The notes: generated by a model from the letters alone, not told the origin. 64,000 nt of DNA from a virus (IMGVR_UViG_3300029288_000060:64001-128000); one strand, 5' to 3'; shown: positions 1 to 11,025, counted from the stretch's first letter. Translations and numbers: made by a program.

Positions 1-2
1 AT

Positions 3-1868
3 GATAATTTACATTATGATAATGCTACATCTGGACTTAAAGATTTAGATGTAGATAAGTATACTGTTAACTGGATTTATAGATTGATTTCAGATGATGA
101 AGAGTCTGATGAAATTATGTATATACAATCATGTTCTCAATATGATACTCTTGGTGATGCAAGTGACGCAACTATTCCTGCCGCTCCTGAAATGTTATCT
201 TCTCATTGTTTGTTAGTAGGAAGAATTATTGTTAAAAAAGGTGATGTAGTCGCATCATTAATAGAGAGCGCATTTGACACAACATTTACTGGAAGTCAAA
301 TTAGTGACCATAATTCATTAACAAATTTACAAGGGGGGAAAGCTTCAGAATATTATCACCTTGAACATACACAACATGATGTTTTAACTGATGGTTCTGA
401 TGCTGACTCATTACACACACATAATTTAAAAGCTGATAAAGTTGTTGGTGCAACCAATGGTCATTTTGCAAGTTTGGATGCTCTTGGTAATTTAGGTGAT
501 TCCGGACATAAAGATTCAGATTATGCAGATGCTATTCATACTCATGATGATAGATATTATACAGAATCTGAAAATGATATTTTATTAGCCGGTAAATCCT
601 CAACTGCTCATTTACATGATGATAGATATTATACAGAATCTGAAACAAACTCATTATTAAACAATAAATTAAATATAGTGCAAAATACTATTAGAGTAAG
701 CCCAGTTGGTGGAGACTATCAAACATTAAATGAATGTATAACATATCTTAATTCTTTAACAAGTACAGATGGAATAAGAGTTGTTGTAGACGGTGGAACA
801 TACGATATTGCTTCAACAATTACCATAAATGCCACTATGCCAATTTCAATTGAAGGAAGTGGTATTTCCAATTCTATTTTAAATACTGCTGCTGGTCTTT
901 TAAATAATAATATGTTTGAAGTTTTGTCTCAAACACATTTTGATAAATTAACTTTTCAGGGAACTGATGCTTGGGTGGCAGGAACAAATGCATCTTTTAT
1001 AAGAATTAATAATAATAATTTATATTGTGAAATTAAAGATTTTATCATGGATAAATGTAAAAAAGGTATTGAAGTTATAAAAGATTCAGAAATATTTGCT
1101 TTTGATTTTATTATTAGTAATGCTACAGTTTCTGGAATTGAAATAAATACTGCTGGAGCTTGTTCTATAGATACAGAAATAGGTAATTTAGAGAATTGCC
1201 AAATAGGAATAAATTTATTACAGTCAAGTTTAGCTAATGTATTTATTGATACTTTAAGATTTATAAACGGTTTAGATAATACTTCAATTATATATACTCC
1301 GGCTAATTTTACATATTATACTTTTACAATTGGTTCTTGTGAATGGAATAATATAGGTACATTTTTGTCTGGTTTTGATTTTACAAATTCAAGAGATGCT
1401 AATATTGAAATAATAAATTGTATTGGTATTGAATCAAAATCACCATTTGCAAAAATTAATTTAGTTGGTAATACTACTGTTACAACATTAAATCAAAATG
1501 TATGGACAAAAGCAGTATATACAAATACATCAATATATGATTGCAAATTCACAATTGCTAATAATAAAATAACTTTTCAACCAGATCATTCAAGAGACCT
1601 TATAATGTATATATCTGGTTCCATTTATATTTCATCAAATGGAACCAGAGAAATTAAATATTCAATTGTTAAAAATGGTGATTCAAGTTCAGTTTATGGA
1701 TTAGGAACTGTAACTGTAGATCAAAATTCTAGAAAATTTACATTTACAACTAATGTTTATTTAGAAAGTGTTGCTAAAAATGATTATTTTGAAATTTGGA
1801 TAATGAACATAACAAACGGTGATGATCCAACAATTTCAGATTTAACATGGACTACAATATCAAGGTAA
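3..1868 (+). CDS. Tail fibre / virion structural protein (5'-truncated by window)
   Basis: Frame is open from nt 3 (DNLHYDNATSG...). HDDRYYTESE occurs twice, typical of phage fibre proteins; beta-helix-like C-terminal half. Confidence 0.6.
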   Translation, partial: DNLHYDNATSGLKDLDVDKYTVNWIYRLISDDEESDEIMYIQSCSQYDTLGDASDATIPAAPEMLSSHCLLVGRIIVKKGDVVASLIESAFDTTFTGSQISDHNSLTNLQGGKASEYYHLEHTQHDVLTDGSDADSLHTHNLKADKVVGATNGHFASLDALGNLGDSGHKDSDYADAIHTHDDRYYTESENDILLAGKSSTAHLHDDRYYTESETNSLLNNKLNIVQNTIRVSPVGGDYQTLNECITYLNSLTSTDGIRVVVDGGTYDIASTITINATMPISIEGSGISNSILNTAAGLLNNNMFEVLSQTHFDKLTFQGTDAWVAGTNASFIRINNNNLYCEIKDFIMDKCKKGIEVIKDSEIFAFDFIISNATVSGIEINTAGACSIDTEIGNLENCQIGINLLQSSLANVFIDTLRFINGLDNTSIIYTPANFTYYTFTIGSCEWNNIGTFLSGFDFTNSRDANIEIINCIGIESKSPFAKINLVGNTTVTTLNQNVWTKAVYTNTSIYDCKFTIANNKITFQPDHSRDLIMYISGSIYISSNGTREIKYSIVKNGDSSSVYGLGTVTVDQNSRKFTFTTNVYLESVAKNDYFEIWIMNITNGDDPTISDLTWTTISR

Positions 1869-1896
1869 TTTTACAAAAAAGGAGAATAAATAAAAA

Positions 1897-2493
1897 ATGA
1901 AAAAATCAGAATTAAAAATTATGGCAATGGAAACATGTTTCATGTCAGATTTGTCTTCTAAGGATAAAAAGAAACATTTAGATTATATTAAGGAAGCAGA
2001 TACTTATCAATGTATTGGATATATTCTTGATGGTAAATTTTATAATTTAAATGAATCTGGAAAGCAGGAATTAAAGAGAAGATTTGTAAAAGAGCAAACT
2101 GTCAGGAAAACTGTACATAGTGCTATTGGTGCTGTTGCCTCTCTGGGAACATTTGCTATTTATAGAGGATTGAGAGCAATGTTTGATCAATGTACTAAGG
2201 CATGTGGAGTTGTTGGATTAAATACTGTAAAAAGACAATATTGTTTGTTAAATTGTAAAATCAGAGTTAAACAAAGAGAAATATCAGAGGTACAAAAGAT
2301 GATGAGTCAATGTAACCAAACTGGTAATCCTGAAAAGTGTAAACAAGGGTTAATGAAAAAAATGGAGAAGGCTAAAAATCAATTAGCTGGATTAACACAA
2401 CAATTAGCTAAAGCAAAACAGTATATGGTTCAAAAAGGAAAATCAATGGAAAAAGGTGATAATGTTGAACCAGGGAAAACAAAACTAATATAA
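1897..2493 (+). CDS. Basic Cys-rich putative virion protein (paralogue family A)
   Basis: AGGAG RBS; Gly/Ala hydrophobic segment then C-x3-C...C-x3-C...C-x7-PEKC pattern shared with 2495, 43312, 44029. Confidence 0.55.
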   Translation: MKKSELKIMAMETCFMSDLSSKDKKKHLDYIKEADTYQCIGYILDGKFYNLNESGKQELKRRFVKEQTVRKTVHSAIGAVASLGTFAIYRGLRAMFDQCTKACGVVGLNTVKRQYCLLNCKIRVKQREISEVQKMMSQCNQTGNPEKCKQGLMKKMEKAKNQLAGLTQQLAKAKQYMVQKGKSMEKGDNVEPGKTKLI

Positions 2494-2494
2494 A

Positions 2495-3175
2495 ATGTTA
2501 ATAAACTGCGAGCAAAGTATTATTGATTATCTAAACAAATATGGATTCTTGTTTGAGAATGATACGTTAATATTATTAGATGATATTAAATTAAATACAA
2601 AAATTGAAAAGATAAAGAGGATTTTTAGAAAAAAGAAAATTGATATAAAGAAAAATCATGAAGAAAAAATAGATAACCTAAAAAACTACGCTAAAGATGT
2701 TGGTGAAGACTTAGGTAAAGATACATTAGATGAATTCACAAAAAAAATTAGAGACAAAAGTAAACGGCTCAGATCTGTATATTTAGCTAGATTAGCAATG
2801 TTAGGAAGAGAAGAAGCTAAAAGAATTGAAAATGTCAGATCTATGTCTAAAAAGGGAGCTGTTTTAGTTTCAGGTTTAAGTTTAGCTGCTATGATTATTC
2901 ATTTATCTTATCAATTGTATAGAGAAGAAAAAAATAAAATAATAAAGTCTTGCTCAGGTAAAGAGGGTAGAGCAAAAGAATCATGTATCAGGGAGAGTAA
3001 AATAAAAGCTATTCAAAAAAGAATTGTTTTTTTAAATAGTTCTACTCTTAAATGTAGATACTCGAAAGACCCTCTTAAATGCAAAGATAAAATCGATGAA
3101 GAGATTTTAGAATTAAGAGAATATTTAAGGAATGAAGGAAGTAAGTTTGGAAAAAAATTAAGGATTGAGTTTTAA
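2495..3175 (+). CDS. Basic Cys-rich putative virion protein (paralogue family A)
   Basis: Hydrophobic segment followed by SC...SC...KC...PLKC pattern. Confidence 0.5.
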   Translation: MLINCEQSIIDYLNKYGFLFENDTLILLDDIKLNTKIEKIKRIFRKKKIDIKKNHEEKIDNLKNYAKDVGEDLGKDTLDEFTKKIRDKSKRLRSVYLARLAMLGREEAKRIENVRSMSKKGAVLVSGLSLAAMIIHLSYQLYREEKNKIIKSCSGKEGRAKESCIRESKIKAIQKRIVFLNSSTLKCRYSKDPLKCKDKIDEEILELREYLRNEGSKFGKKLRIEF

Positions 3176-3185
3176 GTATAATCAT

Positions 3186-3219
3186 CTTGGGATTTGATAT
3201 TTTATTTTCAAATCCCAAG
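3186..3219 (+). terminator. Intrinsic terminator-like hairpin
   Basis: CTTGGGATTTGA / TCAAATCCCAAG inverted repeat followed by T-run. Confidence 0.6.
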
Positions 3220-3227
3220 TTTTTCCG

Positions 3228-3629
3228 TTGAACTTGAATATTTTATTGAACAAATTAAAAATGAAAGCTAAAGATATAAGGAATTATAGTTTGAATAATA
3301 TCTATCTGGAAGAGTATTTAAAGAAATTAAATAATAATTTAGATAGTTTCCTGTCTAAATATTTAGATGTAATAAAATATGATAAACCAGAAGATATAGA
3401 AAAAGGGTTGTTACGTTTTAAAGAAATTCCAAGAGGAAAAGTATTTTTATTTATTTTACCTAAACAAGAAATATTACATTTTCATACAGTAGGAATGAAA
3501 TTTCCAATTGATATTTATTTTTTTAATTCAAATAAAGAATTAGTATCTTTTTATAAAAATGTTAAATCTGGTATAGAAGATATTAGTTCTAAAAATCCAG
3601 CAAAATATGTAGTAGAGGTACCATGTTAA
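3228..3629 (+). CDS. DUF192-domain protein (true start possibly ATG 3261)
   Basis: C-terminal FHTVGMKFPIDIYFF...AKYVVEVP matches the DUF192 signature. Confidence 0.7.
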   Translation: MNLNILLNKLKMKAKDIRNYSLNNIYLEEYLKKLNNNLDSFLSKYLDVIKYDKPEDIEKGLLRFKEIPRGKVFLFILPKQEILHFHTVGMKFPIDIYFFNSNKELVSFYKNVKSGIEDISSKNPAKYVVEVPC

Positions 3630-4369
3630 ATCAAAATAAAGTATTTCAGATTATAACTGAATTAGAAGATGTTAGTTATAAAACCCCTGAAATAAATAAG
3701 ATGGTTAAAACCAGAGAACGAAATATAGAAAGTTCTAAATTAGTATTAAAGAATGTAGGTATTAATTTAAAAACGTTAGATGACAATTTAAATGATATAG
3801 CAATTAAAATTGTTAGAGGAAAGAATTATAATATTGATAAACAACTAGATATCATGACAGAGGATTTAAAAGAAAAACTAGATAAGATTAATAATAGCAA
3901 ACTTGTAAAAATTGTTATTTTAAATATATTTGTTTATGTTTTTAATTTTATAATTTGGACAATTTTTGAAATTACATTTAAAAGGTTTGGAGTAAAATCA
4001 CCAAAAACATTAGCAACTATTATAACTGGATTTATTGTATCACCCATTACAGATGAGCTTGCAACTAAAATTTCTGAAAAAGGAAAATATGAACAAGGTT
4101 TCTTTTCAAAAGTTGGATCAAAAATTGTAATGGCAATAATACATAAATTATTCTTGATTAGTGGAACAGTAGCTGGAAATCAATTAATAGTATCTTTAGT
4201 TGGTATGGTATTAAATAAATTAAAATGGTTATTTTCAGAAGAATTAGATAATGTTGTAATTGAAAAAATTGTTATGTCAATTAGATCAATTACTTATTAT
4301 TGTTATATAGTAGTTTTTAAGATAATAGAAAAATTGGGAGTATTAATACCAGGTGGCGGAATAAAATAA
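3623..4369 (+). CDS. Hypothetical membrane protein
   Basis: Several hydrophobic helices; overlaps the upstream gene. Confidence 0.5.
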   Translation: MLNQNKVFQIITELEDVSYKTPEINKMVKTRERNIESSKLVLKNVGINLKTLDDNLNDIAIKIVRGKNYNIDKQLDIMTEDLKEKLDKINNSKLVKIVILNIFVYVFNFIIWTIFEITFKRFGVKSPKTLATIITGFIVSPITDELATKISEKGKYEQGFFSKVGSKIVMAIIHKLFLISGTVAGNQLIVSLVGMVLNKLKWLFSEELDNVVIEKIVMSIRSITYYCYIVVFKIIEKLGVLIPGGGIK

Positions 4370-4384
4370 AGAAAGGAATAGCAA

Positions 4385-4945
4385 GTGGACATATTCATTG
4401 AAAAGATTGATGAAATTTTAAAAAGGCACTTAACTCAAAAATCTTTTGATTTATGGGTGGGAATTCGAGAAAAAATAAGCAATAAATGCTGGGAAAAACA
4501 AACTAGTTCTACTGGGAAACATCATCAGAAAGAAGATGGACGAGTACCTTCAGTTTCAGAACACACTTATGAAATGGTCTTTGTGGCGGATAAAATTATT
4601 AGAATGTTTGAAGGTATGTTTAATAAAGATGTAATTTTTCTTTCTTTGGTATTACATGATGCATATAAATATGGATTAGTTAAAACATGTAAACATACTG
4701 AGCAAAGACATGATCAACTTATTGCAGATATAATTAAAAAGAATCAAAAAATATTTACTCAAGCTTTGAGTTTAAATGATACCATTTTATTAGAGGAAAC
4801 TGTTCGTTTTCATACAGGGAAGTGGTCTACTAATGCTCCTGCTGATTTCGACTATTCAAATTATAACCCACTAGTTTTATTTTTAAGTACTTTAGATATG
4901 TTGTCAAGTAGAAATTGTTTAAAAATTATTGAGGATAAAGAATGA
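4385..4945 (+). CDS. HD-domain phosphohydrolase
   Basis: TGKHH...EHT...LVLHDAYKYG...H...FHTGKW...D motif order. Confidence 0.75.
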   Translation: MDIFIEKIDEILKRHLTQKSFDLWVGIREKISNKCWEKQTSSTGKHHQKEDGRVPSVSEHTYEMVFVADKIIRMFEGMFNKDVIFLSLVLHDAYKYGLVKTCKHTEQRHDQLIADIIKKNQKIFTQALSLNDTILLEETVRFHTGKWSTNAPADFDYSNYNPLVLFLSTLDMLSSRNCLKIIEDKE

Positions 4946-5541
4946 GTTTATCAGCTACAAAAGTAGTTCCAGATCTTTTATTTTATGCCCAAAACTATGT
5001 TATCAATAGTACGGCAAATAAATTTAAGATTCCTTTTCCGGATACTTTTTCCGTTACTTATTTAGAAGATAACAAATCATTTATTAGATTATTATTTGAT
5101 GAAACCTGGCCTGTAACTTTAACTAGTTATAGACATTTATTTAGAGAACAAACTGATTTAACTAGCGTACCAGAATCTTTAAGAAGAAGAATGATGGTAT
5201 ATCCAAGTAATTCTAAATTTTATATATGTGACTCAGATTCTACTTCAGTTTGTAGCGTAAATATTTTTGGATTAGAACAAGATGATTTCGATATGTTGGA
5301 TAAATTATTACAATACAGAATTGATACTACCTCTTGTGATATAACAACAATTATTTATACTAATTTAACCACCAATCTATCTAAATTAATTTATATTTAT
5401 TTAAAGTTTAAATTAACTAGTGAATATACTTTATTTGATAATACAACCCCATTGTCAGATGATAATAATGTACTTGAAAATTTTTATGAATCATTTATTG
5501 TCGATACTATATTTACTTATTTGAGTTCCTTTGGTACGTAA
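4942..5541 (+). CDS. Putative virion/baseplate protein
   Basis: ATGA coupling inside a structural block; Thr/Ser/Asp-rich. Confidence 0.4.
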   Translation: MSLSATKVVPDLLFYAQNYVINSTANKFKIPFPDTFSVTYLEDNKSFIRLLFDETWPVTLTSYRHLFREQTDLTSVPESLRRRMMVYPSNSKFYICDSDSTSVCSVNIFGLEQDDFDMLDKLLQYRIDTTSCDITTIIYTNLTTNLSKLIYIYLKFKLTSEYTLFDNTTPLSDDNNVLENFYESFIVDTIFTYLSSFGT

Positions 5542-5574
5542 GAATATTTTTCTTTAAAAATAGGAGACAAAAAT

Positions 5575-7332
5575 TTGTTTACAGTAACTGATTTCATTAA
5601 TTTAATGAAATATTTCAAAGGTGAACAAGTAGATGACCTTGATACGAACTTAATCGTTCAAGCTGAGGATTCAAAAGCTAAGTCAACCACTATTTTTAAT
5701 GAAAATATTGATTTAGCATGCCATGCTTCTGATGACTATAAAAGACTAAAAAACTTTTTAATTCCATGGTATGCATCATTAAGAACATTTGTATCAACAA
5801 TGAAAAATGCATCTGATATCAGATCTCTACCAGAAGAACATATAAATGAATTAATAAGAAGTTTTGGTTTTGTTGATAGTTTAGAAGAAATTACTCGTGA
5901 AAATAAAAATGACTTTTTTTATGATTTGGTTAACTTATATAAAATTAAAGGTACACCGGAAGCCCTATTAAGAGTATTAGGATTTTTTGGAATTCCAGAT
6001 ATTGAAATAGCAGAATATTGGTTACAATATGACTCAAATTCAGAGTTAGTTTTTAGACCAGAAACAATCTCAACTACCACAGAAAGTTATAATTTAAAAG
6101 ATATATCTTTTGAAACAATTACTAATCCAGATCCTCATTGGATGTTAAGTAAAGATCAAATTAATCAGTTATTTTTAAATAATAAAATTGCATTTCCATC
6201 TAAAAGTCCTTACTTTGGAATTAGACCTGTTTCACAATTATCAGGAGATGTTATAAATCCTACTATTGCAATTTTATCTAGATTAATTCAAGATCAATAT
6301 TCAGATTATATTTCAGGAAGTCCACCCGATAAAGATATCAGATTAACATTAAAAATTTATGCATCTCTTTTAGATTTGTATTTAGCAGTTTTATATACTT
6401 TTAATCTTATATATGTTAAAACAATTGATTCAACAGATTTATCATTTTTAATTTATAATGGGTCTATGAGTTTAACCAACACTCAGATATATGATTTATA
6501 TGACACTATTACTAAAAGATCAAACTCAACAACAAAAGCAGAATTAGAAGCTAATAGAGTTTTATATTATAATGCATTTACTAGATTAAGATCTACCAAT
6601 TTTATTTCAACTTTTGATACTGCAAAAAATGTTCTTGCTTTAACAAATAGTGACTTAAAAGATCTTATTGATACTTATCATACCGCAGGTAATACAAATG
6701 ATATATTAAAATCCTTGTTAAAAGATCTAAGTAGTTGGATTAAAAATAATATTAGTATTTCTGCTCCAAATTTATTAGTATTAATGTTTGGTTTTTCTTC
6801 TCTTGAATACATTACAAATGTTGTTAAGTTTTTTAAACCATACAGAGCAAGACTTATTTCTGTTGAGCACGTTTATATCATTGATAATCCATTATTAGAT
6901 GCAGAATTAACTTTTGATGTTTTAAAAAGTATTGATATAGAACAAACAATCGTAGATTGGGATACAGCAAATAGTACAGGATGTTGTTGCGCGGATGAAG
7001 ATAACCCAGAACCATGCTTAGATAGTACAGCTTCTATTTATTATTCAAGGGCTACTTATGATTGTGGATCATATTTTGATATTGGAGCTTCTATTGATGA
7101 AGAAGATTATGGTTGTAAAATAGATATAACTCAAGAAGATACTATTATTTATAATTATCATACTGACGATTCGACTGCTTATGTACATACAGAATATACT
7201 GGTGATATAACTGGCGCTACTTATTACGCTTTACAAGATGGCGGTTTCATTGACTTTGATGACGATGGTCTATTTGATGCACCACAAATCTCAGATGTTT
7301 GCGAAATCTATGTTATGCCAGCAGGTCCATAA
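5575..7332 (+). CDS. Baseplate wedge / tail protein I-like
   Basis: LYKIKGTPEALLRVLGFFG motif typical of P2 gpI / T4 gp7-like wedge proteins; FFKPYRA motif; TTG start after AGGAG. Confidence 0.6.
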   Translation: MFTVTDFINLMKYFKGEQVDDLDTNLIVQAEDSKAKSTTIFNENIDLACHASDDYKRLKNFLIPWYASLRTFVSTMKNASDIRSLPEEHINELIRSFGFVDSLEEITRENKNDFFYDLVNLYKIKGTPEALLRVLGFFGIPDIEIAEYWLQYDSNSELVFRPETISTTTESYNLKDISFETITNPDPHWMLSKDQINQLFLNNKIAFPSKSPYFGIRPVSQLSGDVINPTIAILSRLIQDQYSDYISGSPPDKDIRLTLKIYASLLDLYLAVLYTFNLIYVKTIDSTDLSFLIYNGSMSLTNTQIYDLYDTITKRSNSTTKAELEANRVLYYNAFTRLRSTNFISTFDTAKNVLALTNSDLKDLIDTYHTAGNTNDILKSLLKDLSSWIKNNISISAPNLLVLMFGFSSLEYITNVVKFFKPYRARLISVEHVYIIDNPLLDAELTFDVLKSIDIEQTIVDWDTANSTGCCCADEDNPEPCLDSTASIYYSRATYDCGSYFDIGASIDEEDYGCKIDITQEDTIIYNYHTDDSTAYVHTEYTGDITGATYYALQDGGFIDFDDDGLFDAPQISDVCEIYVMPAGP

Positions 7333-7352
7333 AAATATTTTTTTAAACAAAA

Positions 7353-7396
7353 AAATAACAGGGATGAGTGTATCTTAAAACTCATCCCTGTTATTT
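7353..7396. terminator. Bidirectional terminator between convergent blocks
   Basis: AAATAACAGGGATGAG / CTCATCCCTGTTATTT inverted repeat. Confidence 0.7.
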
Positions 7397-7400
7397 CCGT

Positions 7401-7793
7401 TTACATGGTATCATTTTGATAGATAAAATCCACAGGATCTTTAATATTGATATTATATGTCATTGTTTTTATCGCTGTCGACATATCTGGCTTTACCAAA
7501 ATTGGACAAATGAACACGGTAACTTTTCCAGTCCTTTTTTGAAGAGAAAGATCCGTAGCTAGAGCAAGCATTCGCGGAGGATATATTGTTCCACTTATCA
7601 TTTTAGATTCTCTTGTAAAATCAGTGGATTGTAATATTTTCTCAGCTTTTTCTAGCTTGTCAAACATTATTGCATTTTGAAAAGTTGAAGTCCAATATGA
7701 AACACCTCCGGAAGGATAATCAATTGCGAAGTATTTAACTGCGCCGGCATCGTTTTCACACATCAATACATATTTAATATTTCCGTTGTCCAT
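7401..7793 (-). CDS. Hypothetical protein
   Basis: ORF with AGGAGG RBS. Confidence 0.6.
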   Translation of the reverse strand: MDNGNIKYVLMCENDAGAVKYFAIDYPSGGVSYWTSTFQNAIMFDKLEKAEKILQSTDFTRESKMISGTIYPPRMLALATDLSLQKRTGKVTVFICPILVKPDMSTAIKTMTYNINIKDPVDFIYQNDTM

Positions 7794-7794
7794 T

Positions 7795-8286
7795 TTAATC
7801 CTCCTTAATTATTTTTTCTAATTCGAGGCAAACTTCATAGTCATTATATCTATCAACAAGAATTTTACCAGGTAAGATGTTTAAATCCACTATATTAACA
7901 AACCAAGAATATTGGTCAACAGGTAAATCCGGAGCTCCGTTTTCTTTGATCTTATTTACCATATTACACGTTAAGTTAAATAATGGACTGGTAACTCCAT
8001 CATTTTTCCAACAACTATCATGGTCTGAAGTGAATCTAAATTTAGCAGTAGAATTAAACTTAAGCGCAGACAAATCATTAGGTCCAACCGCCATTATTAC
8101 CGTAGTATAGTTAGTTGGACGATAGAAAGCAAAGTGAATTGAATTGAAAACTCCATCAACCTTTGTTTTACTATCTCTATAATTAACCGAGACTCTAATG
8201 GTTGCGCATAAAACTTTACCTTCTGTAAATCTGGGCAGAAAATAGTCTACGATTGATATTAACGCAGAACTTAAGTCTATCTTCAT
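7795..8286 (-). CDS. Hypothetical protein
   Basis: ORF with AAGGAG RBS. Confidence 0.6.
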   Translation of the reverse strand: MKIDLSSALISIVDYFLPRFTEGKVLCATIRVSVNYRDSKTKVDGVFNSIHFAFYRPTNYTTVIMAVGPNDLSALKFNSTAKFRFTSDHDSCWKNDGVTSPLFNLTCNMVNKIKENGAPDLPVDQYSWFVNIVDLNILPGKILVDRYNDYEVCLELEKIIKED

Positions 8287-8309
8287 ATAATTTTTCTCCT
8301 TAATTTAAT

Positions 8310-9398
8310 TTAAGATTCTTTAATTTTCTTTAAATATTCTGTTAGTTTATCATACCCCCAAGCATGAATTCCTTCTTTCCATTTTATTGTATTTTCAGAT
8401 TTAAATAAAACATCATAATCAGAACCATCTGGCCAAATTAATTGAATAACGTTTTTTCTCCACCCGACTGTAAACATCCCAAATTCTGTATCAATTTGGT
8501 ACCATGGTCCTCTCCATGATTGACTTTCATACTCATTTTTAATTGGAACAACTGAGAACCATAACATATTTGATCTATTAAAGCATTCTACGAACTTTTT
8601 AATTGACCAACTGTTAACAAAATTTTGATAACATTTTTTGTGATAATAAGTGGTTACCTCAAATGATATTTCATCACCTTTTTCAATTACATGTGATGTA
8701 TCAGCAATAATTTTATTACCCTTTCGATTGTCTACCCAACCATATTCGTTTATTTTAAGAGTTGGATATTTTGGATCTGGAGTTAAATCAATATATTTAT
8801 CATTTCTTAAAAATATATCATTCGTAACAGACCAAATTGCAGTATGGAGATTTGACCAGTCTTCTTTAATTTGCTCTATTGTATATCCTATGTATAGAGA
8901 CATATTCATTGTTTTAACTTCTGGTTCTTTATGAGAATCAAAACAATTTGATATTGTCCATCCTTTTTTACAAACAGGACAAATTAAATCTGGTCGAGGA
9001 ATTTCTGGATCAAATGAATATGCAATACTCATAGGAAAAGGTCTTTTGTTTGTCTTATAATTAAAATCTTTTTTGCTTATTTCTTCTCTAGATAGAACAT
9101 CAGGATGGAGTGATAAGTCATATTCATGAATTTTTTTGAAAAAATAATCACTTGTCATTAATTTTGGTAAAGTATTAATATAATCTGCGGGAATAAATGT
9201 TACCAACTTCATCATATTTCCACAATTATCAGCCTTCCACTGCCCACCGAAGATGTAAAATTCGTTAAGATTTTCTTTTTCCTCATAGTGAGCATAATGA
9301 CGAGCTTTTATTAATTCATGAAAACCTTCTAAAGTTTTAAGTTTTTCTAAAATATATTTTGGTTGATCATACCAATTAATAGGGTAATTTTCGTTCAT
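8310..9398 (-). CDS. Hypothetical protein with CPVC zinc-binding motif
   Basis: 362-aa ORF, RBS, early-type promoter motif upstream. Confidence 0.65.
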   Translation of the reverse strand: MNENYPINWYDQPKYILEKLKTLEGFHELIKARHYAHYEEKENLNEFYIFGGQWKADNCGNMMKLVTFIPADYINTLPKLMTSDYFFKKIHEYDLSLHPDVLSREEISKKDFNYKTNKRPFPMSIAYSFDPEIPRPDLICPVCKKGWTISNCFDSHKEPEVKTMNMSLYIGYTIEQIKEDWSNLHTAIWSVTNDIFLRNDKYIDLTPDPKYPTLKINEYGWVDNRKGNKIIADTSHVIEKGDEISFEVTTYYHKKCYQNFVNSWSIKKFVECFNRSNMLWFSVVPIKNEYESQSWRGPWYQIDTEFGMFTVGWRKNVIQLIWPDGSDYDVLFKSENTIKWKEGIHAWGYDKLTEYLKKIKES

Positions 9399-9424
9399 AT
9401 ATTAAATCTCCTTTATTTTATAAT

Positions 9425-9452
9425 AAATATATATAGTTTAGAATTTAATATA
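9425..9452 (-). promoter_or_regulatory. Putative early promoter (CTATATATATT motif)
   Basis: Same motif at 18957-18972, 20736-20750 and 38441-38455, each at the head of a minus-strand block. Confidence 0.55.
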
Positions 9453-9481
9453 TGATTAAAATGATGAATATATTTTTACAA

Positions 9482-9512
9482 AAAAAATGGACTATATAAA
9501 TAGTCCATTTTT
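9482..9512 (-). terminator. Intrinsic terminator
   Basis: AAAAAATGGACTAT / ATAGTCCATTTTTT inverted repeat. Confidence 0.6.
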
Positions 9513-9538
9513 TAAATTTTTGTTTATTAGTTATCTTT

Positions 9539-9820
9539 TTACTTTTCTTCCAATAATTGTTTTTGTTTTTTATTGAAAACTTCATTATTGAAGATAAAGA
9601 ATGGGAATCCCTTATCAAGTTTAACTATTGCAAAAGGTTGGTCCTGGAAAATAATTCCTCCATTATCGCCATTGAATCTTACTCGTTCTGCATATCGAAG
9701 TCCACAAATAACATAAATATAATGAAGAATTCTTCCCATTGAATTATCTTTATAATTCCTATAGAAGCTACCCTTTTCATCAATTGGTGTTAAAACAGTA
9801 TTATATTTCTGCTCGCTCAT
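9539..9820 (-). CDS. Hypothetical protein
   Basis: ATG at 9820 after GGAGG, coupled (ATGA) to the upstream gene. Confidence 0.55.
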   Translation of the reverse strand: MSEQKYNTVLTPIDEKGSFYRNYKDNSMGRILHYIYVICGLRYAERVRFNGDNGGIIFQDQPFAIVKLDKGFPFFIFNNEVFNKKQKQLLEEK

Positions 9821-10500
9821 TTTTCCTCCAATGGTGTATACCACTTATCTTCAAAACCAATTGCTGATAAACATGTCCATTTACAATTATTATTATAACC
9901 TTCTTTAAAACAATGCATGTGACCAAAATACCATAATTTTGGTTGATATTTTTCTAATACCAAACTTAATGCATATCTTGATGGGTCACGATAAAAATCC
10001 TCATGATAATCAGGAATTTTAAATTCAATTGGTGCAGTATGACTAATCACAATGTCAATTTTTTCTTCTGGTAAATTGTAAATATCTTGTTGACTGATGG
10101 TTTCTTCTGGGAACCAATCTCGACCTGGCGTTCTATAATCTTTATCGATGGAATAAGCTCCACCTATAAATAAAATTTTTCTACCATCCTCTAATGTCAA
10201 AACTGAGCCTCTTTTCATGTAGAAAACATTCGGAATAACCTCATTGTTTTCTATTTTTTTAATCGAGTCATGATCTTCATGATTACCATCACACCAATAT
10301 ATTTTTACATTATTATTTTGTAATGTATTATTATCAAATCTGTATGGAGTTGAGACATAACCATACCATGACGGATTAAAAAATCTGGGCCAAAAACCGA
10401 AATCGCCACATTGTAAGATAGTGGTGATTTCAGGAGAATCTGAAATAAACTTAGTTACTTGTTTAAACTTACCATGAAAATCACCACATACTACGATCAT
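9817..10500 (-). CDS. Calcineurin-like metallophosphoesterase
   Basis: GDFHG, GDFG, DGNHE, SHTAP, GHMH motifs. Confidence 0.85.
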   Translation of the reverse strand: MIVVCGDFHGKFKQVTKFISDSPEITTILQCGDFGFWPRFFNPSWYGYVSTPYRFDNNTLQNNNVKIYWCDGNHEDHDSIKKIENNEVIPNVFYMKRGSVLTLEDGRKILFIGGAYSIDKDYRTPGRDWFPEETISQQDIYNLPEEKIDIVISHTAPIEFKIPDYHEDFYRDPSRYALSLVLEKYQPKLWYFGHMHCFKEGYNNNCKWTCLSAIGFEDKWYTPLEEK

Positions 10501-10518
10501 TAGAAATCTCCTCCTTTT

Positions 10519-11025
10519 CTATGAATGGTTTTCAGTAATGATAATTAAATCTTTTTTAAAAGTTTCCATATTATGACCATTTGCGTGTAGTGCAGAACAT
10601 ATATCATTAGAATCCATAATTCCTTCTCCACCGCTATTTCCAAATTCTACTTCAACTGCGCTATCAAAGTCAAATATTGATATTGCTTGTTTTGCAATCT
10701 CATAATGTAAAAAAGTTTCAAGATAAACTTCATAAATATAATTTACATCTTTTTCTTTTAATAATATTCTTGTTACCTCTCTTAAATCATTAAATAATCT
10801 GTTTTTGACTTCATGAATGTTCTTAATTCTAATTCTTTTTCTGTTAGCTCTTAACACATCTGCAATATCATAACCAGAATAAAATTTATGTTCGCAGTCA
10901 AAATCTTCTATAAACAAGTCTGAATCATTCAAAACTTTATATAAATTTCTTTTTGTATCACCTTTAAATAGAAAAATATAATTTGTGGAAGAAGAATTTG
11001 TAATAAAGTCTGTTTTAATCTTCAT
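10519..11025 (-). CDS. TNSSS-motif protein 1
   Basis: N-terminus MKIKTDFITNSSSTNYI shared with three other ORFs. Confidence 0.65.
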   Translation of the reverse strand: MKIKTDFITNSSSTNYIFLFKGDTKRNLYKVLNDSDLFIEDFDCEHKFYSGYDIADVLRANRKRIRIKNIHEVKNRLFNDLREVTRILLKEKDVNYIYEVYLETFLHYEIAKQAISIFDFDSAVEVEFGNSGGEGIMDSNDICSALHANGHNMETFKKDLIIITENHS